This document shows, piece by piece, positions 20,292 through 29,604 of a stretch of 64,000 nt of DNA (position 1 is the first letter of the stretch; each line of letters opens with the position of its first letter). This DNA is from Kiritimatiellia bacterium (GTDB lineage Bacteria; Verrucomicrobiota; Kiritimatiellia; RFP12; UBA1067), in the NCBI GenBank assembly GCA_045656225.1, contig JAZOQU010000039.1:523-64522 (forward strand), written 5' to 3'. Both the position numbers and the translations under genes were made by a program. The notes beneath the pieces were generated by a model that was not told the DNA's origin, made no database searches, and saw only the letters and a program-made list of their open reading frames with translations.

Positions 20292-21521
20292 ATGGAAATA
20301 AATCGTAACACTTCTGTCGTCGGGGCGTTTTTTACGGTCCTCGCGTGTTCTTTGTTCATTTTTGGCAGTGGCTGCGGGGGTGTTAAATGTTCCCGTAGCG
20401 CGATTCCCGGCGATCTTAATACGTTGTGCCTTCTCTCTGACGCCGAATCGCGGTCGATCAGCCCCGAGAATCAGACGGGCGAGCGCGGCGGCGGCGCGAA
20501 GGAAGTCCCCGACGAGGACTCCAAGGCATATAGGCTCGGTAAGGGCTGGAAGGTCCGTCCATGCGTGACGATCAAGCCCGGCAAGACGTTCGAGCTTATG
20601 AATGTTGAAGGTCCCGGTCTTATCCAGAACATGTGGATTACGATGGCCGGCGACGGTTCGCTTGAAAGGCGCTGTTATATTTTAAGAATGTATTGGGATG
20701 ACGAGAAGGAGCCTTCGGTCGAGTGTCCTTTAGGCGACTTCTTCTGCAACGCCTATAAGAAGTGGGCTCCGCTTTCCTCTCAGGTTGTCTGTGTCGGTCC
20801 GCGTCAGGCGTTCAGCTGCTTCTGGCCTATGCCGTTCAGAAAGAAAGCCCGCATTACCTTGGAACACCGCGGCAAGGAGCCTATCGCGCTTTTTTATCAG
20901 ATCAACTATGCGCTCGGCGACGTTCCGGACGACGCGGCGTATTTCCACGCCCAGTTCCGCCGTTCGAATCCAACCAAGGGTTCTCTTCACACGATTCTTG
21001 ACGGCGTAAAGGGTCGCGGTCATTACGCGGGTACTTACTTCGCGTGGCGCTGCCGCAATTATATCTGGTGGGGCGAGGGTGAAATCAAATTCTATATGGA
21101 CGGCGACACCGAATATCCTACGATTTGCGGAACCGGTGCCGAGGATTATGTCTTAGGCTCCCACAACTTTGAGGTTTTGAATGAGAAGAAGTTCTGGATT
21201 TACAATACGCCTTACGCGGGTCTCATTCAGGCCGAGGAGGCCAAGGAGCCCGATAGCGTAAGCTCCTACGGCATGTATCGCTGGCACGTTACAGACCCTG
21301 TTCGCTTCAATAACGATCTTCGCGTGACTATTCAGGATCTCGGATGGGCGCCCGGGCCGTACGTGACCCAGAACTCCGACATTTCGACGACGGCGTTCTG
21401 GTATCAGACCGAGCCTCACGCCGCTTTCCCGAAACTTCCCTCCGATGAGGAGCTTGTAGAGGATTACGGTAGCGAGCTTGTATCCCGCAAGAATTCGATA
21501 AAGGCCAAGGGCGCCAAATAA
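20292..21521 (+). CDS. DUF2961 (GH172-family) protein, probable lipoprotein
   Basis: ILRMYWDDEKEPSVECPLGDFF and ISPENQTGERGGG are hallmark DUF2961 segments. Start chosen at MEINRN... because it gives a lipobox-like signal (FIFGSGC). The ORF is open from 20232. Confidence 0.7.
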   Translation: MEINRNTSVVGAFFTVLACSLFIFGSGCGGVKCSRSAIPGDLNTLCLLSDAESRSISPENQTGERGGGAKEVPDEDSKAYRLGKGWKVRPCVTIKPGKTFELMNVEGPGLIQNMWITMAGDGSLERRCYILRMYWDDEKEPSVECPLGDFFCNAYKKWAPLSSQVVCVGPRQAFSCFWPMPFRKKARITLEHRGKEPIALFYQINYALGDVPDDAAYFHAQFRRSNPTKGSLHTILDGVKGRGHYAGTYFAWRCRNYIWWGEGEIKFYMDGDTEYPTICGTGAEDYVLGSHNFEVLNEKKFWIYNTPYAGLIQAEEAKEPDSVSSYGMYRWHVTDPVRFNNDLRVTIQDLGWAPGPYVTQNSDISTTAFWYQTEPHAAFPKLPSDEELVEDYGSELVSRKNSIKAKGAK

Positions 21522-21547
21522 TTTCAGATTTCAAAAGGAGTTTTGTC

Positions 21548-22966
21548 ATGCAGATTTCTAAGAGAGAGTTTCTTAAGCGTCTCGGCGTAGGCGGAGCCGC
21601 AGCGATCACAGGCGCCGCGTTCGGCGATGAATTTGTCGCTTCTAATGAGAAACTTCCCCCCGGTGCTATCGGCGATCCGCTTAATCCGCGTTTCGGCAAG
21701 TGGATTTATCCTATCGATCATACGACCGAGGACGGTCCGAGTTCCTTCATGAAGGGCGGCAAGGTTATGATGCCCGGGCGCGAGGTGCCTATTTTCCACG
21801 AGACAGACGTCGTCGTCGTCGGCGGCGGATGCGCGGGTTTCGCCGCAGCGGTCGCCGCCGCGAAGACGGGCGCGAAGGTCGCGCTCGTCGAGAAGGACGG
21901 CTCTCTCGGCGGTCTTTTCACGAACGGCATGGTTCTTATCGTTCTTGCGACGGCCCGCAAGGAGGCCGGCGGTGATTTTACCGTCGTCACGCGCGGCGTC
22001 TGCGGCGAGTTTATGGATCGCGCTTTGAATCTCGGTTCCGCTTTCTGCACAAAGCCCACCAAAGACAATCTCATGCAGCCGACGGTCGATCCCGAAGGGG
22101 CTAAGTATCTCATGGACCGCATGGTTGAGGAGCAGAAGATCGATATGTTCTTCCACGCCTGGGGCATCGACGTTATCCAGGAGGGTAATAAGATTCGCGG
22201 CATCGTGTTCATGTCCAAGCAGGGTATGCAGGCGATTTTGGCGAAGACGGTCGTCGACTGTACGGGCGACGGCGATATTTATTTCGCGGCAGGCGCCCAG
22301 TACCGCCAGATCACCCATGGCATCGGTTTTGTTTCCCGCTGGGCCAATCTCGACAGGATTACGGCTAAGCGTCCGCCGCGCGACAAGGACGGCAACGTTC
22401 TTCCTGGCTACTGGATCATGAAGGGCAACGAGGCTAATCCTTCGACATGCTGGACGGGCGTTCCCAATCATCACGGCGACGGTCTTGACATTCGCAATCT
22501 GACGCGCGAGGAGATTTATCATCGGAAGGAAACCTGGGAGGCCGTTCAGAAGCTCCGTAAGACTCCCGGCTGGGAAGAGGTTTTCATCGCCAATACCTGC
22601 TCTCAGATCGGTCCGCGTGTTACGCGCCTTTTAAAGTCCGAGTGCATAGTCGATCGTGCGATGCTCGCTAAGAACTGGGATCCGGAAGATGCGGTAGGCT
22701 GGTTCGGCGTAGACGGTCTTCATTCCGCGTGGAAGGTTCCGTACCGCTCGCTCCTTCCCGTTGGCGTCGACAATCTTCTTTCGGCGGGCCGCTGCATCGG
22801 CGCTCCCGATACGTGCGACACCTTCCGTCTTATCGCACCCTGCTTCGTCACGGGCGAAGCCGCGGGTACAGCCGCCGCGCTTGCGGCTCTTTCGGGTAAG
22901 TCGCCGCGCGACATTGACGTCAAAACACTCCAGAAGACGCTCGTTAAAAACGGCGTTTATCTGTAA
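21548..22966 (+). CDS. FAD-dependent oxidoreductase, TAT-exported
   Basis: Twin-arginine-type leader MQISKREFLKRLGVGGAAAITGAAFG. Dinucleotide-binding motif VVVVGGGCAGFAAAVAAAKTGAKVALVEKDGSLGG. Confidence 0.8.
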   Translation: MQISKREFLKRLGVGGAAAITGAAFGDEFVASNEKLPPGAIGDPLNPRFGKWIYPIDHTTEDGPSSFMKGGKVMMPGREVPIFHETDVVVVGGGCAGFAAAVAAAKTGAKVALVEKDGSLGGLFTNGMVLIVLATARKEAGGDFTVVTRGVCGEFMDRALNLGSAFCTKPTKDNLMQPTVDPEGAKYLMDRMVEEQKIDMFFHAWGIDVIQEGNKIRGIVFMSKQGMQAILAKTVVDCTGDGDIYFAAGAQYRQITHGIGFVSRWANLDRITAKRPPRDKDGNVLPGYWIMKGNEANPSTCWTGVPNHHGDGLDIRNLTREEIYHRKETWEAVQKLRKTPGWEEVFIANTCSQIGPRVTRLLKSECIVDRAMLAKNWDPEDAVGWFGVDGLHSAWKVPYRSLLPVGVDNLLSAGRCIGAPDTCDTFRLIAPCFVTGEAAGTAAALAALSGKSPRDIDVKTLQKTLVKNGVYL

Positions 22967-23112
22967 TTTCCGGTTGCAGACAAGACGGTGTTTTGGTAAA
23001 CTATTTGAATCTTTTTCCGAGTGGAAGAAGATGAAGCGAATGATTCGGGTCTCTCCATAACCCCGGACAAAGCGGATTAATCTAACTTTTAAAGATTGAA
23101 AGGAACAAAAAG

Positions 23113-24123
23113 ATGGAAATGCCTACCTCCACCCTTACGGGTATTACGCTCAAGGATATGTTTGACGCCGGTCTCCACTTCGGTCACCAGACGAAGCGTT
23201 GGAATCCGAAGATGAAAGGTTATATCTTCGACAAGCGCAACGGTATCCATATCATCGACCTCACCCAGAGCGTCACTCTCCTCGACGAAGCCGCTCAGTT
23301 CCTCCGCGACACCGTTCTCGCCGGTAAGAATATCCTCTTCGTCGCCACCAAGAAGCAGGTTTCCGAACTCGTCAAGGATTGCGCTACATCTGTCGGTCAG
23401 TACTACATCACCGAGCGCTGGCTCGGCGGTACGCTCACCAACGCCAAGACGATCCGCTCTTCCGTAAAGCGTATGCGTCAGCTCCAGGCTACCGCCAAGG
23501 CTAACGGCGGCGAGCTCTCCGAGCACAAGCAGGAAGCTTCGATGCTCCGCCGCGAGCTCAACAAGCTCGAGAAGAATTTGACCGGTATCGCCGATATGGC
23601 CGAGCAGCCCGGCGCCGTCGTCATCGTTGACGTCGTCCGCGAGCAGAACGCCGTTAAGGAAGCCGTCCGTCTCGGTATCCCTGTCGTCGCCATCGTCGAT
23701 ACGAACGCCGACCCCGAGCCGATCGATTACGTCATCCCCGGCAACGACGACTCCGTCCGCGGCGTCGAGCTCGTTCTCGGCGGTCTCACCAAGGTTATCA
23801 AGACCGCTAACGACGAGTACAGCGCCAAGGCCGCCGAAGAGAATCGCAAGCGCGAGGCCGATCGCGCCAAGCGTGACGAGGCCGAGAAGGCCGCCCGCGC
23901 CGAGCGTAAGGCCAAGAGCGGTGCGAAGGAAGGCGCCAAGCGCGCTCCCCGCAAGGCTTCTGTAGCGGTTAACGTCAAGGCCGCCGCCCGCGCCGCCAAA
24001 GAGGCCGCCGAGGCCAAGGCTAAGGCCGATCTCGAGGCTAAGCGTCAGGCCGCCGTCGTTGAGGCTGAGGCCGCCGCCCGCGCCGCCGAGGCTCCTGCCG
24101 ACGAAGCTCCCGTCGCTGAGTAA
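23113..24123 (+). CDS. rpsB: 30S ribosomal protein S2 with a long Ala/Lys/Glu-rich C-terminal extension
   Basis: LKDMFDAGLHFGHQTKRWNPKM..YIF..RNGIHIIDL. The last 85 aa or so are low-complexity A/K/E. Confidence 0.95.
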   Translation: MEMPTSTLTGITLKDMFDAGLHFGHQTKRWNPKMKGYIFDKRNGIHIIDLTQSVTLLDEAAQFLRDTVLAGKNILFVATKKQVSELVKDCATSVGQYYITERWLGGTLTNAKTIRSSVKRMRQLQATAKANGGELSEHKQEASMLRRELNKLEKNLTGIADMAEQPGAVVIVDVVREQNAVKEAVRLGIPVVAIVDTNADPEPIDYVIPGNDDSVRGVELVLGGLTKVIKTANDEYSAKAAEENRKREADRAKRDEAEKAARAERKAKSGAKEGAKRAPRKASVAVNVKAAARAAKEAAEAKAKADLEAKRQAAVVEAEAAARAAEAPADEAPVAE

Positions 24124-24158
24124 TTCAATAAACAATTTTTAACGAAAGGTTTTTCACA

Positions 24159-24995
24159 ATGGCTATTACCATTCAGGAAATCAAGGAACTCCGCGAAGCG
24201 ACCGCCGCTGGTATGGGCGCTTGCAAGGAAGCTCTCACCGCCACCAACGGCAATATGGAAGAGGCTATCAAGTATCTTCGTGAGAAGGGTCTCGCCGTTG
24301 CCGCCAAGCGCGTTGACAAGGAGTCCAAGCAGGGCATCATCGCTCTCGCCGAGGCTGCCGACAAGAAGACGATGGCTCTCGCCGAAGTCAATTGCGAAAC
24401 CGACTTCGTCGCCAAGACCGAGGCCTTCATCAAGTTCGTCGATGACGCCGCCAAGGTCGCGCTCGAGGGTAAGGATATCGAAGCTACTCTTAACGACGAC
24501 TACAAGATGCTTCTCACCAAGACGGGTGAGAACGTCAAGATCCGCCGCAGCGAGCGTTACGCGCTCGAGGGTGCCGGCGTTCTTTCCGGCTACATCCACA
24601 TGGGCGGCAAGATCGGTGTTCTCGTTGAGCTCGCTTGCGAGAAGGCTGACGCCGCCGAGCTCGCCGACGCGGCTCACATGATCTGCCTCCAGATTGCCGC
24701 TAACGCTCCTAAGTACGTCAATCCTGAGGATGTTCCTCAGGCTGAGATTGATGCTGAGCTCGAGATTAAACTCAACGCGCTCAAGGAGCAGAAGGGTAAG
24801 CTTCCTCCCGAGCAGGCTCTCGTCGGCATCAAGAAGGGTATGGCCGCTAAGTACTGCACCCAGGTTTGTGTTACGAAGCAGGATTACGTCGCCGACGGCG
24901 AAGTCACCGTTGAGAAGTATCTCGACGGCGTCGCCAAGACGGTCGGCGCTCCCATCACGATCAAGCGCTTCTGCCGCATGCAGCTTGGCGCCTAA
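24159..24995 (+). CDS. tsf: translation elongation factor Ts
   Basis: IKELREATAAGMGACKEAL...GNMEEAIKYLREKG. Confidence 0.95.
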   Translation: MAITIQEIKELREATAAGMGACKEALTATNGNMEEAIKYLREKGLAVAAKRVDKESKQGIIALAEAADKKTMALAEVNCETDFVAKTEAFIKFVDDAAKVALEGKDIEATLNDDYKMLLTKTGENVKIRRSERYALEGAGVLSGYIHMGGKIGVLVELACEKADAAELADAAHMICLQIAANAPKYVNPEDVPQAEIDAELEIKLNALKEQKGKLPPEQALVGIKKGMAAKYCTQVCVTKQDYVADGEVTVEKYLDGVAKTVGAPITIKRFCRMQLGA

Positions 24996-25022
24996 TATAT
25001 TCTACATAAATAGAATAAGAAG

Positions 25023-25051
25023 AAGGACGGTCGTAGGACCGTCCTTTTTTT
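25023..25051 (+). terminator. rho-independent terminator after tsf
   Basis: AAGGACGGTC-GTAG-GACCGTCCTT followed by TTTTTTTG. Confidence 0.8.
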
Positions 25052-25187
25052 GCGTCGCAGTCGCACCTGAAAACTTAGCGGACATAGCGCGAGGTAAACA
25101 CCATTAAAAACCGCGCGAGCGCCTAAAATGCCGCGGTAGCGATGGAAAAGGATGAAGATAGTAATCTATTCGCGCTTCGCTTAGTGG

Positions 25188-25315
25188 CGGCACCCCTGCT
25201 AGGGCATCGCCTTCGGCGGCTCGCGCAACCGCTTGCGCCCCCTTCGGGGCTCGGCCTTCGGCCTCGGGCAACCTGGCGGCTACGCCGCAGGTGCATCTCG
25301 CTCGGGGGATACCCG
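25188..25315. repeat. left copy of the 128-bp island-bracketing inverted repeat
   Basis: Reverse complement of 44203-44330 with 4 mismatches (hand count). Rich in cUUCGg-type mini-hairpins (CGCCTTCGGCGG, GGCCTTCGGCC). Confidence 0.9.
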
Positions 25316-25508
25316 AAAAGTACAACACTAGAGATAGTGAGTATGATTTGTCGAAGTTCGTTTAAGGTCTTTGACTTTCTTATGCTCTTCCTTTTACAAT
25401 CTACTTCGTGATTGCTATGATTGGTGTAAGATTGTTCGCATCAATAACTAAGCAACGCGCAGAATCTACCAATTCCATTCTCCAACTCCAAACTCCAACT
25501 AAATCTTT

Positions 25509-25747
25509 CTTCGAAGATTGTACTCAGTCTATCCAATGTTGCATCTTTCGTGTAGAGCGCGATAGCGCTCGTTTTCGTGACCCCGTAGGGGTTTTGTGTC
25601 TGAGTTAAGTGACAAAACCCGATAGGGTGAAGAGGCGTTGGGCGCGGTGGCAACGCAAAGCGTTAAGCCACAAGCGCACAGCGACACTTCAATCGCACTT
25701 GCGCGATTTGTCACTAACTCAGTTTTAGTGGTCGCGCGTCAGCGCTC
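25509..25747 (+). repeat. structured repeat family N, copy N1 (candidate ncRNA)
   Basis: Three TTTCGTG boxes, each followed by a small hairpin, then a long closing stem CTGAGTTAAGTGACAAA/TTTGTCACTAACTCAG around internal hairpins. Paralogs at 28704-28878(-), 36244-36486(+) and 43540-43762(-). Confidence 0.7.
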
Positions 25748-25783
25748 TTCCCTCTTCCCACTTCCCATTCCCACCTTGTTTAC

Positions 25784-25801
25784 TTATCATAATTATGATA
25801 A
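25784..25801. promoter_or_regulatory. perfect 18-bp palindrome overlapping the phd-parE promoter (likely operator)
   Basis: TTATCATAATTATGATAA, overlapping a TAAAAT -10 candidate about 30 nt upstream of the antitoxin ATG. Confidence 0.5.
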
Positions 25802-25829
25802 AATCTTTGGTGTAAAAGATGGAGAAATT

Positions 25830-26114
25830 ATGTCAACATTATTAAAGGATGCCGATATTCGCCCTATTTCTGATCTTCGCAATCGATTTGCTGAAGTTTC
25901 AGATTATGTGCAAAGTGGAAAGACGATAATTTTCACGAAAAACGGCTATGGATGTATGGTTACAATGAGTTTCGATGCGTACAAGTCGCTTTCGGATCCA
26001 GCGTTAACTGAACTTAAACGAGTTGATGAATTGCTCGAAACCGACAATCGCCATTTTACACGCGAGGAGTCGCTAAATATACTTCGGGAGCGTGCAAATG
26101 CTCGGAGAAAATAA
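25830..26114 (+). CDS. Phd/YefM-family type II antitoxin
   Basis: GGAG RBS. MSTLLKDADIRPISDLRNRFAEVSDYVQSGKTIIFTKNGYGCMVTMSFDAY fits the Phd/YefM fold pattern. Overlaps the downstream toxin ORF. Confidence 0.75.
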   Translation: MSTLLKDADIRPISDLRNRFAEVSDYVQSGKTIIFTKNGYGCMVTMSFDAYKSLSDPALTELKRVDELLETDNRHFTREESLNILRERANARRK

Positions 26115-26412
26115 TTACACACTTGATATCCGACCTACATTCATTGACGAGCTTGACGCAACAGTTCGTTACATTGAGCAGGAATTACAGAATCCAATTG
26201 CGGCGGATAAATTGATCGAACAAACTTACGCGGCGATTGATGAAAGATTGTTTGCTCCTGAATCCTTTGAGCCGTGTTATCGTCCGCCAGATGTTAAACA
26301 ACCGTATTATAGGATTCATGTCGGGAATTTTGAGGTTTATTATATTGTTCGTGATAAAGTTATGGAAGTAAGATGGTTTCGCTATTCTAAAAGCGTTCAA
26401 CCTCTTACGTAA
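26092..26412 (+). CDS. RelE/ParE-family type II toxin
   Basis: 106 aa. C-terminal YYRIHVGNFEVYYIVRDKVMEVRWFRYS is typical of the RelE/ParE fold. 23-nt overlap with the antitoxin. Confidence 0.7.
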   Translation: MQMLGENNYTLDIRPTFIDELDATVRYIEQELQNPIAADKLIEQTYAAIDERLFAPESFEPCYRPPDVKQPYYRIHVGNFEVYYIVRDKVMEVRWFRYSKSVQPLT

Positions 26413-26572
26413 GTGTAGCATAAAATAAACGCGTAAAGTCTAGTCCTCTGCCAATCCTGTGCTAATGCTCTTGTAATACACTTCGTGATTGCTATGATTG
26501 GCTAAGTTAGTGCGCGTCAGTAATACCGTTCCGCAATTTAAGCGAATCGCAGAAATGAGATATAATAATCGT

Positions 26573-26701
26573 ATGAAAACAAATGCGCTTTTGTATGCAG
26601 ATGAAACTTACGAAATCAACCGTTGTATTTATGATATTCTGATAGCGAAGGTATGGTAGAAGATATTGAAACAGGCGATATTTCGCCTATTCAGTTGCAT
26701 T
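26573..26701 (+). repeat. roughly 125-bp direct repeat R125, copy 1 (contains a 28-codon mini-ORF, probable gene remnant)
   Basis: Near-identical to 30600-30723. The ATG..TAG mini-ORF (MKTNALLYADETYEINRCIYDILIAKVW) is frameshifted in copy 2. Confidence 0.8.
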
Positions 26702-26740
26702 AATATTTCTTTTATAGGTTTTGTAACTTTTTTGATTGTT

Positions 26741-27197
26741 TTGCTTGCTCCTGCGGAGCAGACGACTTATATCGATAATTTTTTACTGCGCCTTCGGCGC
26801 GACGACTTATATCGACTTTTATGTGCGCAGGCATTGTGCGGAAGGCTTTAATCTCGTGGCCGGACTTGTCGTCGCTTTTGCTCCGACGCCACGAGATTAA
26901 GCGCCTTATCCTTCCGCACAATGCCTGCGCATTTAGAAGTTAGTTATATTATTAATGAAGTGCATCGCTCGATCAGGAGGATAGGCACTTGCGTTGCGCC
27001 CGTCGCCGCAGGTGACAAGTCCGGGGCGCAACGGAAAGCCTACCGAGCGAGCGATGCACACAAAAGTCGTTCCAAGTCGTCGCGGCGAAGCCGCAGTAAT
27101 AAAAATAAATCTAACCGGCCACGAGATTAAAGCCTTCCTTCCAAGGCTTGCGCCAAAGTCGTTCCAAGTCGTCTGCCGCGTCAGCGGCAAGTAAAAA
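26741..27197. repeat. hairpin-mosaic element E1 (MITE/BIME-like)
   Basis: Terminal inverted modules TT(A/G)CTTGC-hairpin-AGACGACTTATATCGA (x2 at the left end) and AAAGTCGTTCCAAGTCGTC-hairpin-AAGTAAA (x2 at the right end). Long nested hairpins at 26821-26932 and 26979-27044. Confidence 0.8.
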
Positions 27198-27233
27198 CAA
27201 CTTCCTACTTCCCACGTCCTCCCAAAATCGCTA

Positions 27234-27263
27234 TTGCACCGAAAAACTCTAATGTGATATAAT
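27234..27263 (+). promoter_or_regulatory. sigma70-type promoter with extended -10 for the DUF3800 gene
   Basis: TTGCAC, 18 nt spacer, TGaTATAAT. Followed by a GC-rich leader of about 90 nt. Confidence 0.5.
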
Positions 27264-27360
27264 TTGAGGCGACGAAGGCTTAATAGGCTGGGGTCATCGA
27301 GACGCGGAGAAAGTTCTTCGCCTTGAGCGGCGGTGAAAACCGTCGCTCTTGCATTTTAAG

Positions 27361-28053
27361 ATGAATGATAGAAATATACTGAGCATATTTGTCGATGAAT
27401 CTGGGAATTTCTCATTTGAGAAAGAGGCTTCCCGGTTCTATATTGTTTGCTTTGTAATGCATAATCAAAATTCATCTATTGATGAACATGTCAGAAAACT
27501 AGACTCTGATCTTGATCGAATGGGATTCTCGAATCTGTGCTTTCATGCCGGTCCCATAATTCGTCATGAAGATGGGTACGAGTTTATGAACTGGGAATTA
27601 CGCAATCGAATATTCTCAAAGATGATGGCGTTCTATCGCAAGGCAGAATTCTCCTACCATTGTTTTACGGTGGATAAAAAGTTTGTCTCGTCCGAATCGC
27701 AGATTGTAGATCGACTTAAAATAGAAATAAAAGCCTTTCTTGAAGCCCTTCGCATGAACTCTGAAATTGCGCAACATCTGAAGCTGTATTATGATTGTGG
27801 CCAAACGCCAATAACAAACATGCTTCAATCGGCTATGACATCAGTGTATGGCGATGATTGGGAGTTTGCGCAAGATGTAAAGCCCATAAAATACAAGCTT
27901 TTTCAAATAGCAGACTTAATCTGCACAACAACTCTCATTGAGCAGAAAATAGCCAATGGTCTTAAAATGACTAAAAGCGAAGATAAATTTTTTGGTGGTC
28001 CCAGAAATTTCAAGCGCAATGTTCTTAAGGTAATAAAGCGCAAAGAAATCTAA
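27361..28053 (+). CDS. DUF3800 domain protein (paralog 1)
   Basis: N-terminal ILSIFVDESGNFS motif. Clear paralogy to 42376..43071 (FHAGPIIRHEDGYEF / FHAGPLIRREKGYEY, YHCFTVDKKF / YHCLSVDKKY). The ORF is open from a TTG at 27349. Confidence 0.7.
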   Translation: MNDRNILSIFVDESGNFSFEKEASRFYIVCFVMHNQNSSIDEHVRKLDSDLDRMGFSNLCFHAGPIIRHEDGYEFMNWELRNRIFSKMMAFYRKAEFSYHCFTVDKKFVSSESQIVDRLKIEIKAFLEALRMNSEIAQHLKLYYDCGQTPITNMLQSAMTSVYGDDWEFAQDVKPIKYKLFQIADLICTTTLIEQKIANGLKMTKSEDKFFGGPRNFKRNVLKVIKRKEI

Positions 28054-28092
28054 GTATTTCGAGTCTTTTGTTTTCTAACTTTTTTTATTGTA

Positions 28093-28581
28093 TTTACTTG
28101 CGCCTTCGGCGCGACGACTTATATCGACTTTGACGAGCGGAGGAGGAAGGAAGGCTTTACGCCGATGCCCAGACATGTCGCGCAAGTGCGACGGCATCGT
28201 CGTAAGCGCCTTATCCTTCCTTCCTCCTCCGCTCGTTAGAGTATTAATCAAATGTCAATTATTTGTGATTGTGCGACGGATATGCGGATAAATGCGCCGA
28301 AGAGCGAAGCTCGAAGGGAGATACACCTGCACCGAAGGTGTCAGGTCGCCCGACGAGCAACGCGAGGAGCTTTGCGAAGCAAAGTCGCAAGAGGCTGTGC
28401 CGCGCAGACCGAAGGTCGAGCGCACGAGCGTAGCGAAGTGGCCGCAAGGCGCCGCGATCGGCGTTTAATCTCGTGGCGTCGGAGCGAAGCGACGACAAGT
28501 CCGGCCACGAGATTAAAGCCTTCCTTCCAAGGCTTGCGCCAAAGTCGTTCTAAGTCGTCTGCCGCGTCAGCGGCAAGTAAA
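28093..28581. repeat. hairpin-mosaic element E2
   Basis: Same end modules as E1. Forward hairpin 28132-28236 and reverse hairpin 28460-28520. Shares a core with E3 and E4 (GCGCCGAAGAGCGAAGCTCGAAGGGA...), here carrying an insert of about 80 nt. Confidence 0.8.
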
Positions 28582-28703
28582 TAACCTCTTCCCTCTTCCC
28601 ACTTCCCTCTTCCCTTCCAAAAAACCGCGCGAGGGGTGAAAATGCGGCGCTAGCGATGGAAAAGGATGAAGATAGTAATCTATTCGCGCTTCGCTTAGTG
28701 GCG

Positions 28704-28878
28704 GCTCCGCCGTGAGGTAGTGACAAATTGCGCAAGCGCGATTGAAGCGCTGCTGTGCGCTTGTGGCTTAACGCTTTGCGTTGCCACCGCGCCCATTGCC
28801 TCTTAACCCTATCGGGTTTTGTCACTTACCTCAGACACGAAACCCCTTCGGGGACACGAAAATTCACGAAAATGTGGG
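28704..28878 (-). repeat. structured repeat family N, copy N2 (5'-truncated)
   Basis: The reverse complement reads TTTTCGTGAATTTTCGTG-TCCCCGAAGGGG-TTTCGTGTCTGAGGTAAGTGACAAAACCCGATAGGG.... Its internal part is nearly identical to N1. Confidence 0.7.
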
Positions 28879-28986
28879 GGAATGGGGAACTGGGAAGAAA
28901 GACTAAAATATGAAGCGAGAAAAAGTGACTATAGATAGAGGAGATTGGTTGCATTTTTGTCTGAAAAAGCATATACTATTTCCGAC

Positions 28987-29604
28987 ATGAAAGAAAAGGA
29001 TTATTCGGAGAAAATTAGAGAGCGCGTCTCAAAGCTTAGAGATGGCGAACTTGTCGTTATGGTTGATTTTGCCGATATTGCTCCAAATAACACCGTCAAC
29101 AAAATTGTTACGAGACTTGTGGACGAGAATCTTTTGCGTCCTATTATCAGAGGAGTTTATCAAAAGCCGCTGATGAATTCATTTCTTGGCGAGCCAATAG
29201 AACCTACTGGCGAGGCTTTGGCGTTAGCAATAGCTCGAAAGAATGGATGGACGATATGTCCTAATGGAGATACCGCGCTTAATTTGCTTGGTCTTTCTAC
29301 TCAGGTTCCTGCGAATTGGAGTTTTCTTTCGAATGGTCCATATAAAGTATATAAGTTTAGCGGCGGTGAAATTCGCTTTTCTCATACGGCGAATAGATTA
29401 TTAGAGAGTTTATCAAAGGATTCAGTATTTCTAGTACAGGCATTGAGAGCTTTGGGTGAAGAGAGTACAGATGAAGAGACGCTTATGCGCCTATCTCACA
29501 ATATTTCACCTGAACGGATAAATCTAATTGAGGCCGAAACTAGGAATGTTCCAGATTGGATTCGGTCAAAAATTGCGAAATTAAAGGAGATTAAAAATGC
29601 GTAA
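28987..29604 (+). CDS. AbiEi-family (DUF6088-like) type IV antitoxin
   Basis: EKIRERVSKLRDGELVVMVDFADIAPNNTVNKIVTRLVDENLLRPIIRGVYQKP matches the AbiEi/DUF6088 N-terminal pattern. Overlaps the AbiEii gene by 8 nt. The ORF is open from a TTG at 28945. Confidence 0.7.
   Translation: MKEKDYSEKIRERVSKLRDGELVVMVDFADIAPNNTVNKIVTRLVDENLLRPIIRGVYQKPLMNSFLGEPIEPTGEALALAIARKNGWTICPNGDTALNLLGLSTQVPANWSFLSNGPYKVYKFSGGEIRFSHTANRLLESLSKDSVFLVQALRALGEESTDEETLMRLSHNISPERINLIEAETRNVPDWIRSKIAKLKEIKNA

Noticed and set aside
20955-20975. tRNA T-arm-like string CGTTCGAATCC.
   Set aside because: It lies inside the DUF2961 coding frame. No acceptor or anticodon arms can be drawn around it. I found no convincing tRNA, rRNA or tmRNA anywhere in the window.
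25104-25328. 74-aa ORF (and 44126..44488, 120 aa) across the 128-bp inverted repeats.
   Set aside because: The Ala/Arg/Gly/Pro-rich translation comes from hairpin-rich GC sequence. There is no RBS and no family similarity. The sequence is better explained as repeat DNA.
25638-25829. Long form (158 aa) of the antitoxin ORF, starting at 25638.
   Set aside because: The first 64 codons translate the N1 repeat and the pyrimidine tract. A GGAG RBS and the ATG at 25830 give a 94-aa product of typical Phd/YefM size.
28252-28584. ORFs running through the E elements on both strands: 26921..27130, 26933..27190, 28252..28584, 30954..31187, 39079..39537 and 39164..39568.
   Set aside because: Their translations are Arg/Ser/Ala-rich and low-complexity. 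Both strands are open. The sequence is fully explained by nested hairpins, and copies differ by indels that do not preserve the frame. They are most likely non-coding.
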